Shown here in pieces: positions 9,383-18,780 of a stretch of 64,000 nucleotides of DNA. The notes below the pieces were generated by a model. The model searched no databases. It was not told where the DNA came from and saw only the letters and a list, made by a program, of their open reading frames with translations. The stretch covers positions 1 through 64,000 of the forward strand of contig JAPLVR010000003.1 in assembly GCA_026397015.1 (NCBI GenBank), read 5' to 3'. Position numbers and translations under genes: made by a program. The DNA comes from Candidatus Iainarchaeum sp. (GTDB lineage: Archaea; Iainarchaeota; Iainarchaeia; Iainarchaeales; JAAZKV01). Each line of letters opens with the position of its first letter. Positions within the stretch are counted from its first letter, which is position 1.

Positions 9383-10381
9383 CTATTTTACCTTCTTAAA
9401 AACGCTCTTTATAAAATCAGGCGAAAGCGGGCCCTTTTCATGGCTCCTGACAAAAGGGAATTTGTTGTTTGGAATTTTTTTGTTTATAACGTACTGCTTC
9501 TGCTTGAAGCCGTCAAAGCCGCCACTCAGGTGCGGCGTTCTGACGCCGCCGGCATGCCCTAAAACCGCGGGTCCCACAAAGTTGAATATCAGGTCGCCAT
9601 GCGAATAATGATTCTCAATCTTCGTCTTGCAAACCTTCGAAGCCTTGTCAAACTTCGTGTTTGAAGGCATGGACGAACCGGCAAAAACCACCTTTTCAAC
9701 TTCCCCTTCCATGCCGGTCGATGCGAGCATATCATACAGCTTCTCAAGCTCATACAGCTTCTCAAGCGCCATGCGCCCGACATTTGTGCCGGCGCTGAAT
9801 CCGAAAACAGAAACCCTCTCGCCCCTTGCGAGCTTGGAAAACATATTTTTCGCGGCCTCTTCCGCGGCCTTTTCCTGCGCGCGCCAGTTCCAATGGTTCC
9901 AAAATATGTTGCTTTTGCCCCAGTTGTAAACATTTACCTCATATCCCTGCGATTCCAGCGCCTCAACCGCTTTTCTGTTTAGCTCCTGTTTTTCCTTATT
10001 GGCCGGGCTGTATGACCCGGGAAAGAAAAACACCACGTGCCTGCCGCTTTTCTGCGGCTGAACATGCCTCATTCCGCGCGCCCGGAACATCGGAAACCAA
10101 ATTCTCTTTTTCATGGAAACCGGCTCTGAAATATTTTTTGATTTTGCACGCTGGACCTCTCCGGCTTTTTGGCGCTGCACCGGGGCCCCTGCTGGACCGA
10201 CAGGCCCGGCTCTCGCATCTTTTATGGCTGAAAAAAGCAAAGGCACGCTGAGCGTTGCCGCCCCGAGAAAATTTTTGAAGCGTTTCCTGAACCTATGGGG
10301 TTTCATTGATGGCGCTGCCATAATATAAAACTGGTTCAATCTACTATTTATTGATTTTGATTGACCGTTTTGGCGCGCCAA
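9383..10381 (-). CDS. putative secreted alpha/beta-hydrolase
   Basis: GFSAG nucleophile elbow, candidate Asp (YSHGD) and His (RSHE); basic then hydrophobic N-terminal segment; start uncertain. Confidence 0.6.
   Translation of the reverse strand: MARQNGQSKSINSRLNQFYIMAAPSMKPHRFRKRFKNFLGAATLSVPLLFSAIKDARAGPVGPAGAPVQRQKAGEVQRAKSKNISEPVSMKKRIWFPMFRARGMRHVQPQKSGRHVVFFFPGSYSPANKEKQELNRKAVEALESQGYEVNVYNWGKSNIFWNHWNWRAQEKAAEEAAKNMFSKLARGERVSVFGFSAGTNVGRMALEKLYELEKLYDMLASTGMEGEVEKVVFAGSSMPSNTKFDKASKVCKTKIENHYSHGDLIFNFVGPAVLGHAGGVRTPHLSGGFDGFKQKQYVINKKIPNNKFPFVRSHEKGPLSPDFIKSVFKKVK
9732..9767. repeat. perfect 18-bp tandem duplication (LEKLYE/LEKLYD)
   Basis: TCATACAGCTTCTCAAGC x2. Confidence 0.9.
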
Positions 10382-10473
10382 TCTGAACCGCTAATGTTTA
10401 TATACAACTTCAAATTATACTCTATCGAAAGCGCGTTTGGCGGACAAATTTTAAAAAAGAGTTTGGTGGGAAA

Positions 10474-11994
10474 ATGAACGGCTACGCTGAGGAAATGAGC
10501 GCAAAAATTTTTGGCATAAACACAGGCGAACTTGTAGTACTGCTGAATATCGCGGATGCAAAGAGCCTTGGTGTTTTTCCGCAGGACAGGCTGGAACTGA
10601 AAAACAAAAATAACGGAAAAACATGCGTTGCCGTTGTGGACACAAGCGATGACACCGTAAAATCCGGCGAGATAGGGGTATTTCACGAAGCGGAAAAATT
10701 GCTCGGGGTTAGAAACAAGGAAATTATAATAGTAAAGGCCGCGGAGCCGATAAAAAGCATCGATTACATAAAAAAGAAAATGAACGGCGAAAGGCTTTCA
10801 TACGAAGAAATTTTTGAAATTGTAAAGGATTTCGATGAAAATAGGTTAAGTGAAATAGAAGGAAGCGCTTTCGTAAGCGCGGTTTACATAAACAATTTCA
10901 GCATCGAAGAAACAATCTCGATGACAAAGGCCCTTATAGAAAACGGAAACAAACTGAAAATCGGGAAAGGGCCAGTTGTTGATAAGCACAGCGTTGGCGG
11001 CGTAAACGGAAGGGCGAGCATGATAATTGTTCCGATTGTCGCGTCAGCAGGGCTTTACATTCCAAAAACAAGTTCCAGGAGCATTACAAGCGCCGCCGGA
11101 ACGGCCGACGCGATGGAAGTGCTCGCACCCGTTTCATTTTCACTTGAAAAAATAAAGGAAATTACTGAAAAGCACGGCGCAATCATTGCGTGGGGCGGCG
11201 CAGTTGACCTTGCGCCCGCGGATGACAAAATAATAAGGCTTGAACATCCGCTTTCGCTTGACCCGCCCGGGCAGGTAATCGCCTCCGTACTTGCAAAAAA
11301 AGCGAGCGTCGGAAGCCAATGCGTTGTAATCGACCTCCCTGTCGGAAAAAATGTGAAAATAAAGGACAGGCAACTCGCAATGAAAATGGCAAAGGATTTT
11401 GTCGAAGTCGGAAAGCACATAGGAATGGAAGTTGAAGCGATAATCACAAACGGGGAGGAACCGAACGGCCTCGCGTTCGGTCCGGCGCTTGAAGCAAAAT
11501 ATGTGCTCGAAATACTTGAAGGAAAAAGGTTTGACAATTTAGCGCAAAAAAGCTGCGAATTGGCCGGAGCGCTTTTTGAGCTCGCAAAAACTTGCAAGCC
11601 TTGCCAGGGTTATGAAAAAGCAAAGGAAATACTTGAATCAGGAAGGGCACTGAAAAAAATGCAGGAAATAATCAAGGCGCAGGGGGGAAAAATTGATTCC
11701 AGCGAAAAGGTAATTCTTTCAAACATGAACAAAAAAATCTTCTCCCAGGAAGAGGGCACTATTTCCGAAATCAATACAAAAACAATAACGCGAATTGCTA
11801 GAATTGCCGGCGCGCCGGCGAATATGCTTGCGGGAGTGATGCTCTGCAAACAAGTGGGGGACAAAGTTAAGAAGGGCGATCCTTTAATGATTATTTACGG
11901 CGAAAACCAGCGAAAGCTTGAATTTGCCGTGAAAGCAGCGGAAAAAGATGCGGGATGCATTTTCGAAAGAATAATTTTGAGCAAAGTAATTTGA
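10474..11994 (+). CDS. deoA: AMP phosphorylase (thymidine phosphorylase family)
   Basis: DKHSVGGV, KTSSRSITSAAGTAD, SVLAKK; N-terminal extra domain. Confidence 0.93.
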   Translation: MNGYAEEMSAKIFGINTGELVVLLNIADAKSLGVFPQDRLELKNKNNGKTCVAVVDTSDDTVKSGEIGVFHEAEKLLGVRNKEIIIVKAAEPIKSIDYIKKKMNGERLSYEEIFEIVKDFDENRLSEIEGSAFVSAVYINNFSIEETISMTKALIENGNKLKIGKGPVVDKHSVGGVNGRASMIIVPIVASAGLYIPKTSSRSITSAAGTADAMEVLAPVSFSLEKIKEITEKHGAIIAWGGAVDLAPADDKIIRLEHPLSLDPPGQVIASVLAKKASVGSQCVVIDLPVGKNVKIKDRQLAMKMAKDFVEVGKHIGMEVEAIITNGEEPNGLAFGPALEAKYVLEILEGKRFDNLAQKSCELAGALFELAKTCKPCQGYEKAKEILESGRALKKMQEIIKAQGGKIDSSEKVILSNMNKKIFSQEEGTISEINTKTITRIARIAGAPANMLAGVMLCKQVGDKVKKGDPLMIIYGENQRKLEFAVKAAEKDAGCIFERIILSKVI

Positions 11995-12029
11995 TTTAGA
12001 AAAGGCGGCAAATTTTCTAATTCTCATTT

Positions 12030-12863
12030 TTAATTCTTTTCTGTAACGGCTTCGAAAACCCTAATCAGTTCTTCGGGCGTCATAAAATTTACTTTGACAT
12101 CGCCAAGTTCGAGCTTTTCAATTTTTTTCGCCGAATCCTTCCGAACTTTCAATTCATTTTCCAAAAAAGGGCGCGCCTGTTTCAGCGCGCGGGAAAGATT
12201 CTTGTTTTTGTATCTGAACAACTCCTTCAAAAAAAAGTAAAATTCATTGGAAACGTTCTTTCGCAAAAAATTTATTTCGACAACTGCGCTGCTGCATCCG
12301 GGCGGCGGAAAAAATTCTTTTCCGGGAACATTCGACAGCACCACATCGATTTGCGCGTTCAAATTTGCAAAAACCGTGAGCGCGCCGTATTCCATCAAAC
12401 CTTCAAAGGCCGTTAGCTTGTTTAAAAAGCCGGCGTCAAACATCAGCACGGCTTTTTCTATTTTTGACTGCACAATTTTTGCAACAAGTTTTGAAGAAAT
12501 ATGATACGGGGGAAGCGAAACCATCCTGTTGGCTTTGAGCGTGGAAAAATCCTGCTCAAGGGCGTCTCCTCCAATCAGCTTCAATTTTCCTTCGCTGATT
12601 TCTTTTGAAAATTTTTCCGAAAGAAGCTGGAGCATGTCCGGGCTTTTCTCAATTGCAATTACCTTGCATTCTGCAAGAAGTTTTTTTGTCAGGAATCCCG
12701 TTCCGGCGCCGACTTCTAAAACCAAATCGTCTTTCGAAAGCTGCGCCTTCTCAACCATCAAATCCAGAATGCTTTCGTTGATGCAAAAAAATTGTGAAAG
12801 TTTTTTTTCTGGCCTGAATCTGTACTTGGCCATCTGGTCCTGAAGCTCTTCAAACAAAGACAT
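12030..12863 (-). CDS. ksgA: 16S rRNA dimethyladenosine transferase KsgA/Dim1
   Basis: KKLSQFF, VLEVGAGTG, PPYHIS and FFPPP. Confidence 0.92.
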   Translation of the reverse strand: MSLFEELQDQMAKYRFRPEKKLSQFFCINESILDLMVEKAQLSKDDLVLEVGAGTGFLTKKLLAECKVIAIEKSPDMLQLLSEKFSKEISEGKLKLIGGDALEQDFSTLKANRMVSLPPYHISSKLVAKIVQSKIEKAVLMFDAGFLNKLTAFEGLMEYGALTVFANLNAQIDVVLSNVPGKEFFPPPGCSSAVVEINFLRKNVSNEFYFFLKELFRYKNKNLSRALKQARPFLENELKVRKDSAKKIEKLELGDVKVNFMTPEELIRVFEAVTEKN

Positions 12864-12908
12864 AAAAAAAATTGCCCTGCCGGCCAAATCTTTCGAGCGC
12901 GCTGCACT

Positions 12909-13547
12909 TTATGCGTGAAAACTTTTTCTCCCGAAATCTTTTCTCGGAAATCTTTCGCTCGAATCGCTGAATCTGTCATGCCGGAATGTTTCGTGTGGAG
13001 CGGCCGGAGCGCGGACGAAAAGATAATGCTTGTCTTCGATGCCTTCAAGCTCCTCAATTATTCTTTTTATAACTGCCTTCATCGGGTCGGGAACTCCCTT
13101 CACCCTTTTGGTGATTTCATCAAATGATTCAAACGATTTTTTCTCCCTCTCGTCAAGGATTGCAAGCATATGTTTCTTTCCCATTCCAGGCAGGAGCTCA
13201 AGCTGGTGCCTCTTCAACGAAATTCCTTTTGCAGTGTTGTAAAAGTTCAGGTATTTTTGTTTCTCCGCTTCAACCATTTTTACAACTATTCCCTCTAGTT
13301 CGGCAAGTGAATTTGATGTAAGGTCTTTGAACCCTATTCTCCCCTTTATTATTTCTATTTTATCCCTGCTTTCTTTTCCGGTGTAAACTTCCTCTCCAAC
13401 TGTCAGTTTTATTCCCGGCTTGACAGAGGCTTCAAGCATGGTAAAGTGTTCCTTGCCCAAAAGCTGCACAAGCGGTTCGGGTTTGAATGCCGCCGGCTTT
13501 CCTGTCGGCATAAAGTCAATCACAATTCCGTGCTCTTCAGTCATCAT
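12909..13547 (-). CDS. DUF655 family putative RNA-binding protein
   Basis: HQLELLPGMGKK HhH motif; rpl21e-rpo4-DUF655-ksgA synteny. Confidence 0.9.
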   Translation of the reverse strand: MMTEEHGIVIDFMPTGKPAAFKPEPLVQLLGKEHFTMLEASVKPGIKLTVGEEVYTGKESRDKIEIIKGRIGFKDLTSNSLAELEGIVVKMVEAEKQKYLNFYNTAKGISLKRHQLELLPGMGKKHMLAILDEREKKSFESFDEITKRVKGVPDPMKAVIKRIIEELEGIEDKHYLFVRAPAAPHETFRHDRFSDSSERFPRKDFGRKSFHA

Positions 13548-13587
13548 AAAAATCACACAAAATTTTGCCACCAAAAACTTGGATGCA

Positions 13588-13935
13588 TTACTGGACTTTT
13601 TCAGCAAACTTTTCCGTCAGCGAGATTACTGCTTTCATTTCGTCGTCAGTCATTGTCACATTCTTCGGTATAATTAGCTTCAACTGTTCTATCCTCGTTG
13701 GAATCACGTTCAATATTTCATATACAAGAAATTCATTCTCCTTCAACGGACCTATTTTTTTCAGCTCAGAAATAAGGTCTTCCGTCTGCTTCTCAGTGAG
13801 CTTCGCAAACTTTTCTATGAACTTGGAAGTCTGGTCCTGCTCGTATGTAAGTTCCTTTTCAGTGCCCCTTTCCTTCAGAACCTGTTTCACCTCAAAAAGC
13901 GAAACCGGTTTCATTGAAACAACCTTGTTTTCCAT
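13588..13935 (-). CDS. rpo4: RNA polymerase subunit Rpo4/F
   Basis: ELTYEQ...KFAKL...ILNVIP; synteny. Confidence 0.9.
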   Translation of the reverse strand: MENKVVSMKPVSLFEVKQVLKERGTEKELTYEQDQTSKFIEKFAKLTEKQTEDLISELKKIGPLKENEFLVYEILNVIPTRIEQLKLIIPKNVTMTDDEMKAVISLTEKFAEKVQ

Positions 13936-14009
13936 TTTTTCACCGCAAAAATAAAACCAATCATCAAAAATTTTCAATCCAAAAAAAATCATTAACAAAA
14001 AAACCAAAA

Positions 14010-14321
14010 TTATGAAGCCGGAGCAGGCGCTGACTGCTTCAGCTGTTTCAAGTGAACCGCGTTGGTTATTACCACATTTTCCTGGTCCCCTTTTTTCAAT
14101 GTCACTTCAAATGCGCCGCCCCTTCTGCCCGAAACCTTTCCTGTCAGCCCCTGAAAACTTTTGTCCGGCAGTCCGGCATGCTGGCTCGGGTCAATTACAA
14201 CCTGAACAGTATCGCCTTCCTTAAATTCACGCACAAGGTCGTTCACGCTGGCTTTCGTACCGGTCTTCTTGAATTTTGACCTAGTTTTTCCCCTCTTTCC
14301 CGGCTTTCTTGTCATCCCCAA
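14010..14321 (-). CDS. rpl21e: 50S ribosomal protein eL21
   Basis: KTRSKFKK, IDPSQHAGLP..FQGLTG, HLK. Confidence 0.95.
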   Translation of the reverse strand: MGMTRKPGKRGKTRSKFKKTGTKASVNDLVREFKEGDTVQVVIDPSQHAGLPDKSFQGLTGKVSGRRGGAFEVTLKKGDQENVVITNAVHLKQLKQSAPAPAS

Positions 14322-14507
14322 TCACCTTGCGTAATTCCGCGTTTCAAGCTACTTATTAGACCAATAAAAAGCTTTAAAAAGGAAATTCTTTCGGCGAAAC
14401 AAAACCATCGAGGGGAGTGCAAAAATGCCAAAAAAATTGAGAAAAATCAAAAATGTACAAAAAACATTAAATACCCAAAAATTCATAATGTACTGGGACG
14501 GTTGAAA

Positions 14508-14939
14508 ATGGAAAAGAAGAAAAAAATGGAAAAAATTGTTGTCGCGGTTTCCGGCTATTTTACCGTATTGCACAAAGGGCACGTTGTGCATTTTGAGGAG
14601 GCAAAAAAACTCGGGAATTATTTGGTCGTTATTTTGAATAACGAAAGACAGCAGATAGCAAAAAAAGGAAAGTTGATTCACAAAATAGAAGATATCAAAT
14701 ACATCCTGGAAAGGCTCAGGATGGTTGACGAGGTTTTCATATCCATTGATGAAGATGAAAGCGTTTGCAAGTCGCTTGAAACGGTGATGCCCAACATTTA
14801 CGCAAAGGGCGGGGATAGGACCGCAGATAACATACCTGAAGTCGAAGCCTGCAAAAGGCTCGGCATAAAGGTAATCTACAATGTCGGCGGCGGCAAGTAT
14901 GACAGTTCAAGCAGGCTAATAAAAGAGGAAGGGCTTTAA
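14508..14939 (+). CDS. cytidylyltransferase-family nucleotidyltransferase (TagD/RibL/HldE-domain-like)
   Basis: SGYFTVLHKGH (HxGH), KGGDR and SSSRLI. Confidence 0.85.
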   Translation: MEKKKKMEKIVVAVSGYFTVLHKGHVVHFEEAKKLGNYLVVILNNERQQIAKKGKLIHKIEDIKYILERLRMVDEVFISIDEDESVCKSLETVMPNIYAKGGDRTADNIPEVEACKRLGIKVIYNVGGGKYDSSSRLIKEEGL

Positions 14940-15056
14940 AAAAATGAAAAAAAGGAACCGGCGAAATGGTGGCCGCGCTCAAAAATTCAAGAAAAGTTTT
15001 CGCGACACACCTTCAAAAAAACTGATTTATAATCACTTCCGACCAGATTTTTTCGG

Positions 15057-15638
15057 TTGATTGATTTGAGCAACGCGATTTCATTAATAGCTTCGGATAT
15101 GAGGGCGCTGAAAAAAAACGACCCATCCGTGAAAAGCTACCTTGAAGCAGTTTTGTGCTCGACGCCGATTTGGACAATAATCGCGTACAGACTAATGAAT
15201 CCCCTGCAGAAAATGGGAATCCCTATTTTTCCGCGCTTTTTCATGACGCTTTCAAAAACTGTTACAGGGGTTGAGATACACCCGAGCGCGGAAATCGGAA
15301 AAAGCTTCTTCATCGACCACGGCGTCGGAGTTGTTATCGGGGAAACAACTAAGATCGGAGAAAACTGCGTCATGTTCCAAAATGTCACTCTTGGCGGAAC
15401 GGGAAAACACAAAATAAAAAGGCACCCTACAATCGGGAACAATGTTCTCATCGGGGCGGGCGCGACCCTTCTCGGCCCGATAAAAGTCGGCGACAACGTG
15501 AAAATAGGCGCCGAAACATTCATCATGATGAGGGATGTTCCAAGCAACTGCACCGTTGTCGGAGTTCCTGGAATAATTGTAAGGATGAACGGAAAAAAGG
15601 CGAGAAAAAAGCTCGAAAAAACGGCCGCCCAAATTTAA
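15057..15638 (+). CDS. cysE: serine O-acetyltransferase (CysE/EpsC-like)
   Basis: TGVEIHP, FIDHGVGVVIGET, RHPTIG hexapeptide repeats. Confidence 0.88.
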   Translation: MIDLSNAISLIASDMRALKKNDPSVKSYLEAVLCSTPIWTIIAYRLMNPLQKMGIPIFPRFFMTLSKTVTGVEIHPSAEIGKSFFIDHGVGVVIGETTKIGENCVMFQNVTLGGTGKHKIKRHPTIGNNVLIGAGATLLGPIKVGDNVKIGAETFIMMRDVPSNCTVVGVPGIIVRMNGKKARKKLEKTAAQI

Positions 15639-15710
15639 GCCGGGAATTTGAAACAGCTCAACGAAAATGCAAAAGCAAAACTATTTATTCAGGAATCGGT
15701 TTATTATAAA

Positions 15711-17243
15711 ATGTCTCTTGGCACTTTGCCCTCAACTGTGATAGGGATAATTATTCTCGTTGCAATAGGCTTGAGCGTCGGCACAAAAAAATTGGGCTTG
15801 AACCCGGTGCTCGGTTACATCCTCGCAGGATTTATTCTTGGCCCGTTCTTTCTTAATTTCTTGCGTCCCGAAGACGCGCTCGTGCAGGGTTTCGGAGAAA
15901 TGGGTTTGTTCATTCTCCTCTTCTATTTGGGTTTGGAACTTTCATTGAAAGACTTTTTGGAAGCAGGGGCTGCATCTTTCGGGCTGGCTATACTCGACAT
16001 GGTCGCATCTGCCGGAATAGGGTTCATAATAATGTTTTTCTTCGGCTATTCCCTGATGTTTTCTATTATCGTCGGCTTCATGCTTTTCTCAACCAGCACA
16101 GCAATTGTTGCAAAATTTGCAATTGACCGGGGTTTGTTGCAGAACCTCCCAACGAAACTTGCAATATCAATACTGATTCTGCAAGATTTTCTCGGAATCC
16201 TTCTTTTGGTTTTGATAACAAGTTTTTCGAAAGGGGGAGGCTCAAGTATCGGGCTGGCTTTTACTGCGCTTATTTTTGCGGTTTCGGCTTTCTTTGCCGT
16301 CCACCACCTTTCCGCGCGTGTTGGAAAGTGGCTCATTGACAACGGTTACGGGCATACGGAAATAACGCTTTATGCGCTCGGAATCGGCCTGATTGTCGCA
16401 ACAATAGGGGTAATGCTCGGGCTCTCAAGCGCATTGGGCGCTTACTTTGCCGGCTTTGCTCTGGCGGAAACCCCCTCCGGAAACAAAATAAAAAAAGACG
16501 TAAATTTTATGAGGGATTTTTTTCTGGTTTTCTTTTTCGTTGCATTTGGAACAACAATATTTTACAACTCCGTTGAGAAAGCTGTTATTCTCCCGCCGAC
16601 TCCAGAACTTTTAGCGCTGGGAGGCATTGCAATTCTCTTGGTGTTTGCGGCATTTGTCGCGCACGCACTCATAACCTCGATTTTCGGCCCGATTTTCGGC
16701 CTCTCAAGGCACGATTCAAGCATAACGGCAATACTGCTTCTGCCTCTCGGAGAATTTGTGGTAATCATTGCGACTGTTGCGGCAGGTTCCGGAATATTCG
16801 GCACGGCGGAAAGCGGTTTCATTTCAGTAATCGCTTTTTTGGTGATAGCAGTAAGCGTAATAGTTTTCCAGCCGCTATACGACCGAATCGAAACGATAAG
16901 AAAAATTACAAAAACTGTTCCGGAAATTTTTCAGGTTAAGCAGAAACAAACGGTGCTCAAACCGCACACCCCCTACACAATTTCCCTGCTCAAACGGATT
17001 GCTTCCAATTGCTTCATAGTTCTCTGCCTCGGATTGATGACGGTGTTACTCTATGAAGAATTGCCGCGCTTCGGGGTGCCGATAATTTACAGCAGACAGA
17101 TAACTGCCGCGGCGGTTTTCCTATTTTTTGCGGCTGTTCCGCTGGTAAATATTGTAAAGTCAATGAAACGCTTTTTCTCACACACAATAAAGGATGCCAG
17201 GCATGAAATCGGGCACAGCGGAAAGTGGGCGCATCACGCATAA
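15711..17243 (+). CDS. cation:proton antiporter (CPA2/Kef-type)
   Basis: Multi-TM; STSTAIV, ILQD, LGAYFAG and PLGEF motifs. Confidence 0.9.
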   Translation: MSLGTLPSTVIGIIILVAIGLSVGTKKLGLNPVLGYILAGFILGPFFLNFLRPEDALVQGFGEMGLFILLFYLGLELSLKDFLEAGAASFGLAILDMVASAGIGFIIMFFFGYSLMFSIIVGFMLFSTSTAIVAKFAIDRGLLQNLPTKLAISILILQDFLGILLLVLITSFSKGGGSSIGLAFTALIFAVSAFFAVHHLSARVGKWLIDNGYGHTEITLYALGIGLIVATIGVMLGLSSALGAYFAGFALAETPSGNKIKKDVNFMRDFFLVFFFVAFGTTIFYNSVEKAVILPPTPELLALGGIAILLVFAAFVAHALITSIFGPIFGLSRHDSSITAILLLPLGEFVVIIATVAAGSGIFGTAESGFISVIAFLVIAVSVIVFQPLYDRIETIRKITKTVPEIFQVKQKQTVLKPHTPYTISLLKRIASNCFIVLCLGLMTVLLYEELPRFGVPIIYSRQITAAAVFLFFAAVPLVNIVKSMKRFFSHTIKDARHEIGHSGKWAHHA

Positions 17244-17370
17244 AAAAATTTTATTTGCTCGGGAAAAAAGAAAACGTTAAAAAATCATTTCGCGCGTTTA
17301 TAAACCCCCCTTTATAAATCTAACGTGCGGGAAATTAATTAGGGCTTTTTAAAGCCGGGTGGGGATTCTG

Positions 17371-17922
17371 ATGAAATATACTATTGTAAATATGGTTGCT
17401 TCCGCGTCTCTTGATAAGACGCTTGACCTTTATTCTTTGGCTATTGGAATTCCAAACATAGAATATGAGCCGGAACAATTTCCAGGCGCGATACTCAAAA
17501 TAAAGGAGCCGAAAGTTTCAATGCTCCTGTTCAAAAACGGAAAGATAATATGCTCCGGAGCGAACAGCGAAAAACAGATAGTCCAGGGAATAAAAAGGGC
17601 GAGCCAGCTGATTCACGAATTGCAGCCGGAAGTGAAAGTAAAAAGAAAGGTTGATTTTACAGTGGTCAATTTTGTTGCAACCGCCAATCTTGATGTGAAC
17701 CTTGATTTGTTTGATGTTGCGATGAATCTTGACAACGTCGAGTACGAGCCTGAACAATTTCCTGGCGCCATTTTGAGGCTTGACGAACCGAAACTTACTT
17801 TCCTGCTTTTCAAAAACGGAAAAATGATTTGTGCGGGCGCAAAAAAAGAAGCGCACCTGAAGAAAGGATTAAAAATAGTCGAAGCACTCGTCGGAAAAAG
17901 AAGAAGGAAAAAGAAAAAATAA
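17371..17922 (+). CDS. tbp: TATA-box binding protein
   Basis: Two NxVA / YEPEQFPG / FKNGK repeats. Confidence 0.98.
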   Translation: MKYTIVNMVASASLDKTLDLYSLAIGIPNIEYEPEQFPGAILKIKEPKVSMLLFKNGKIICSGANSEKQIVQGIKRASQLIHELQPEVKVKRKVDFTVVNFVATANLDVNLDLFDVAMNLDNVEYEPEQFPGAILRLDEPKLTFLLFKNGKMICAGAKKEAHLKKGLKIVEALVGKRRRKKKK

Positions 17923-17961
17923 TTTTTTCCAAGGAAGATTGAAAACCTTCGGTGAGGTTAG

Positions 17962-17970
17962 TTTTATAAA
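17962..17970 (+). promoter_or_regulatory. TATA box of the 5S rRNA gene
   Basis: TTTTATAAA at about -21..-29 of the 5S 5' end. Confidence 0.6.
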
Positions 17971-17990
17971 CTCTCTTTGCGCAATTGTTT

Positions 17991-18105
17991 TGAAGGCGGC
18001 CATACTGCGAGGGAAACACCCGGACCCATTCCGAACCCGGAAGTTAAGCCTTGCAAGGTTTGGCCTGGCACTACGCACATGCGGAGCCGCCAAAAGCTGC
18101 CTTCA
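17991..18105 (+). rRNA. rrf: 5S rRNA (stand-alone)
   Basis: GGCGGCCATA...ACACCCGGACCCATTCCGAACCCGGAAGTTAAGCC; terminal helix TGAAGGCGGC/GCTGCCTTCA. Confidence 0.95.
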
Positions 18106-18136
18106 CTCTTTGTAATAGGGCAGCCGAACTAAATGT

Positions 18137-18433
18137 GTGGTAATTCGAGTGAACGTTTTTGCACAATTTTTCGAACCGAACTGGAAAAAACTCGGCTGGT
18201 TTTTCCTGGTTTTTCTGGTGGCACAAGTTTATTTTGCAATGATACTTGGTGCGGTGCCGAACATTTTAGCAAACTTTGTCGGTTTTGTTTTGAATCCTGC
18301 AACTGTTCTTATTGAATCGTTTGGCAGCGGCGTTGATTCACAATTAACGCAGCCGTTTGCCATAACTCTCAATGCCGCGTGGAACTATTTGATTGCCTGC
18401 GTTCTTGCAAATGAAACAAACCAAAAAAAGTAA
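18137..18433 (+). CDS. small membrane protein
   Basis: Hydrophobic segments; fills the gap between 5S and ferredoxin. Confidence 0.6.
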   Translation: MVIRVNVFAQFFEPNWKKLGWFFLVFLVAQVYFAMILGAVPNILANFVGFVLNPATVLIESFGSGVDSQLTQPFAITLNAAWNYLIACVLANETNQKK

Positions 18434-18526
18434 CCGGACGGATGCAAGGCACGGCGGTTGAAGAATCCATTTAAAAGAATTATCTGGGAGAATTGGAATG
18501 GCAATTTGATTTTCGGGAGGATTTTG

Positions 18527-18745
18527 ATGGCATTTAGAATTGAACAAAAAAAAGCGGACTGCATAGGATGCGGCGCGTGCGCAGCTGTGGACCCTGCTGA
18601 TTGGAAGCTCGAAGGTGACAAAGCCGAACTTATCGGCTCGAAGAAGGAAAAGGACTTGTATGTCAAAATTGTAAAGGAAATTGGAGCAAACCAAGACGCG
18701 GCGGACTCGTGCCCGGTGAAGTGCATCGCGATAAAAAAAATTTAA
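18527..18745 (+). CDS. monocluster ferredoxin
   Basis: CIGCGAC...CPVKCI; GGAGG ribosome-binding site before ATG 18527. Confidence 0.92.
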   Translation: MAFRIEQKKADCIGCGACAAVDPADWKLEGDKAELIGSKKEKDLYVKIVKEIGANQDAADSCPVKCIAIKKI

Positions 18746-18780
18746 ACTCTTTCTAAAATAAAAAACTCAATTATTTTTTT

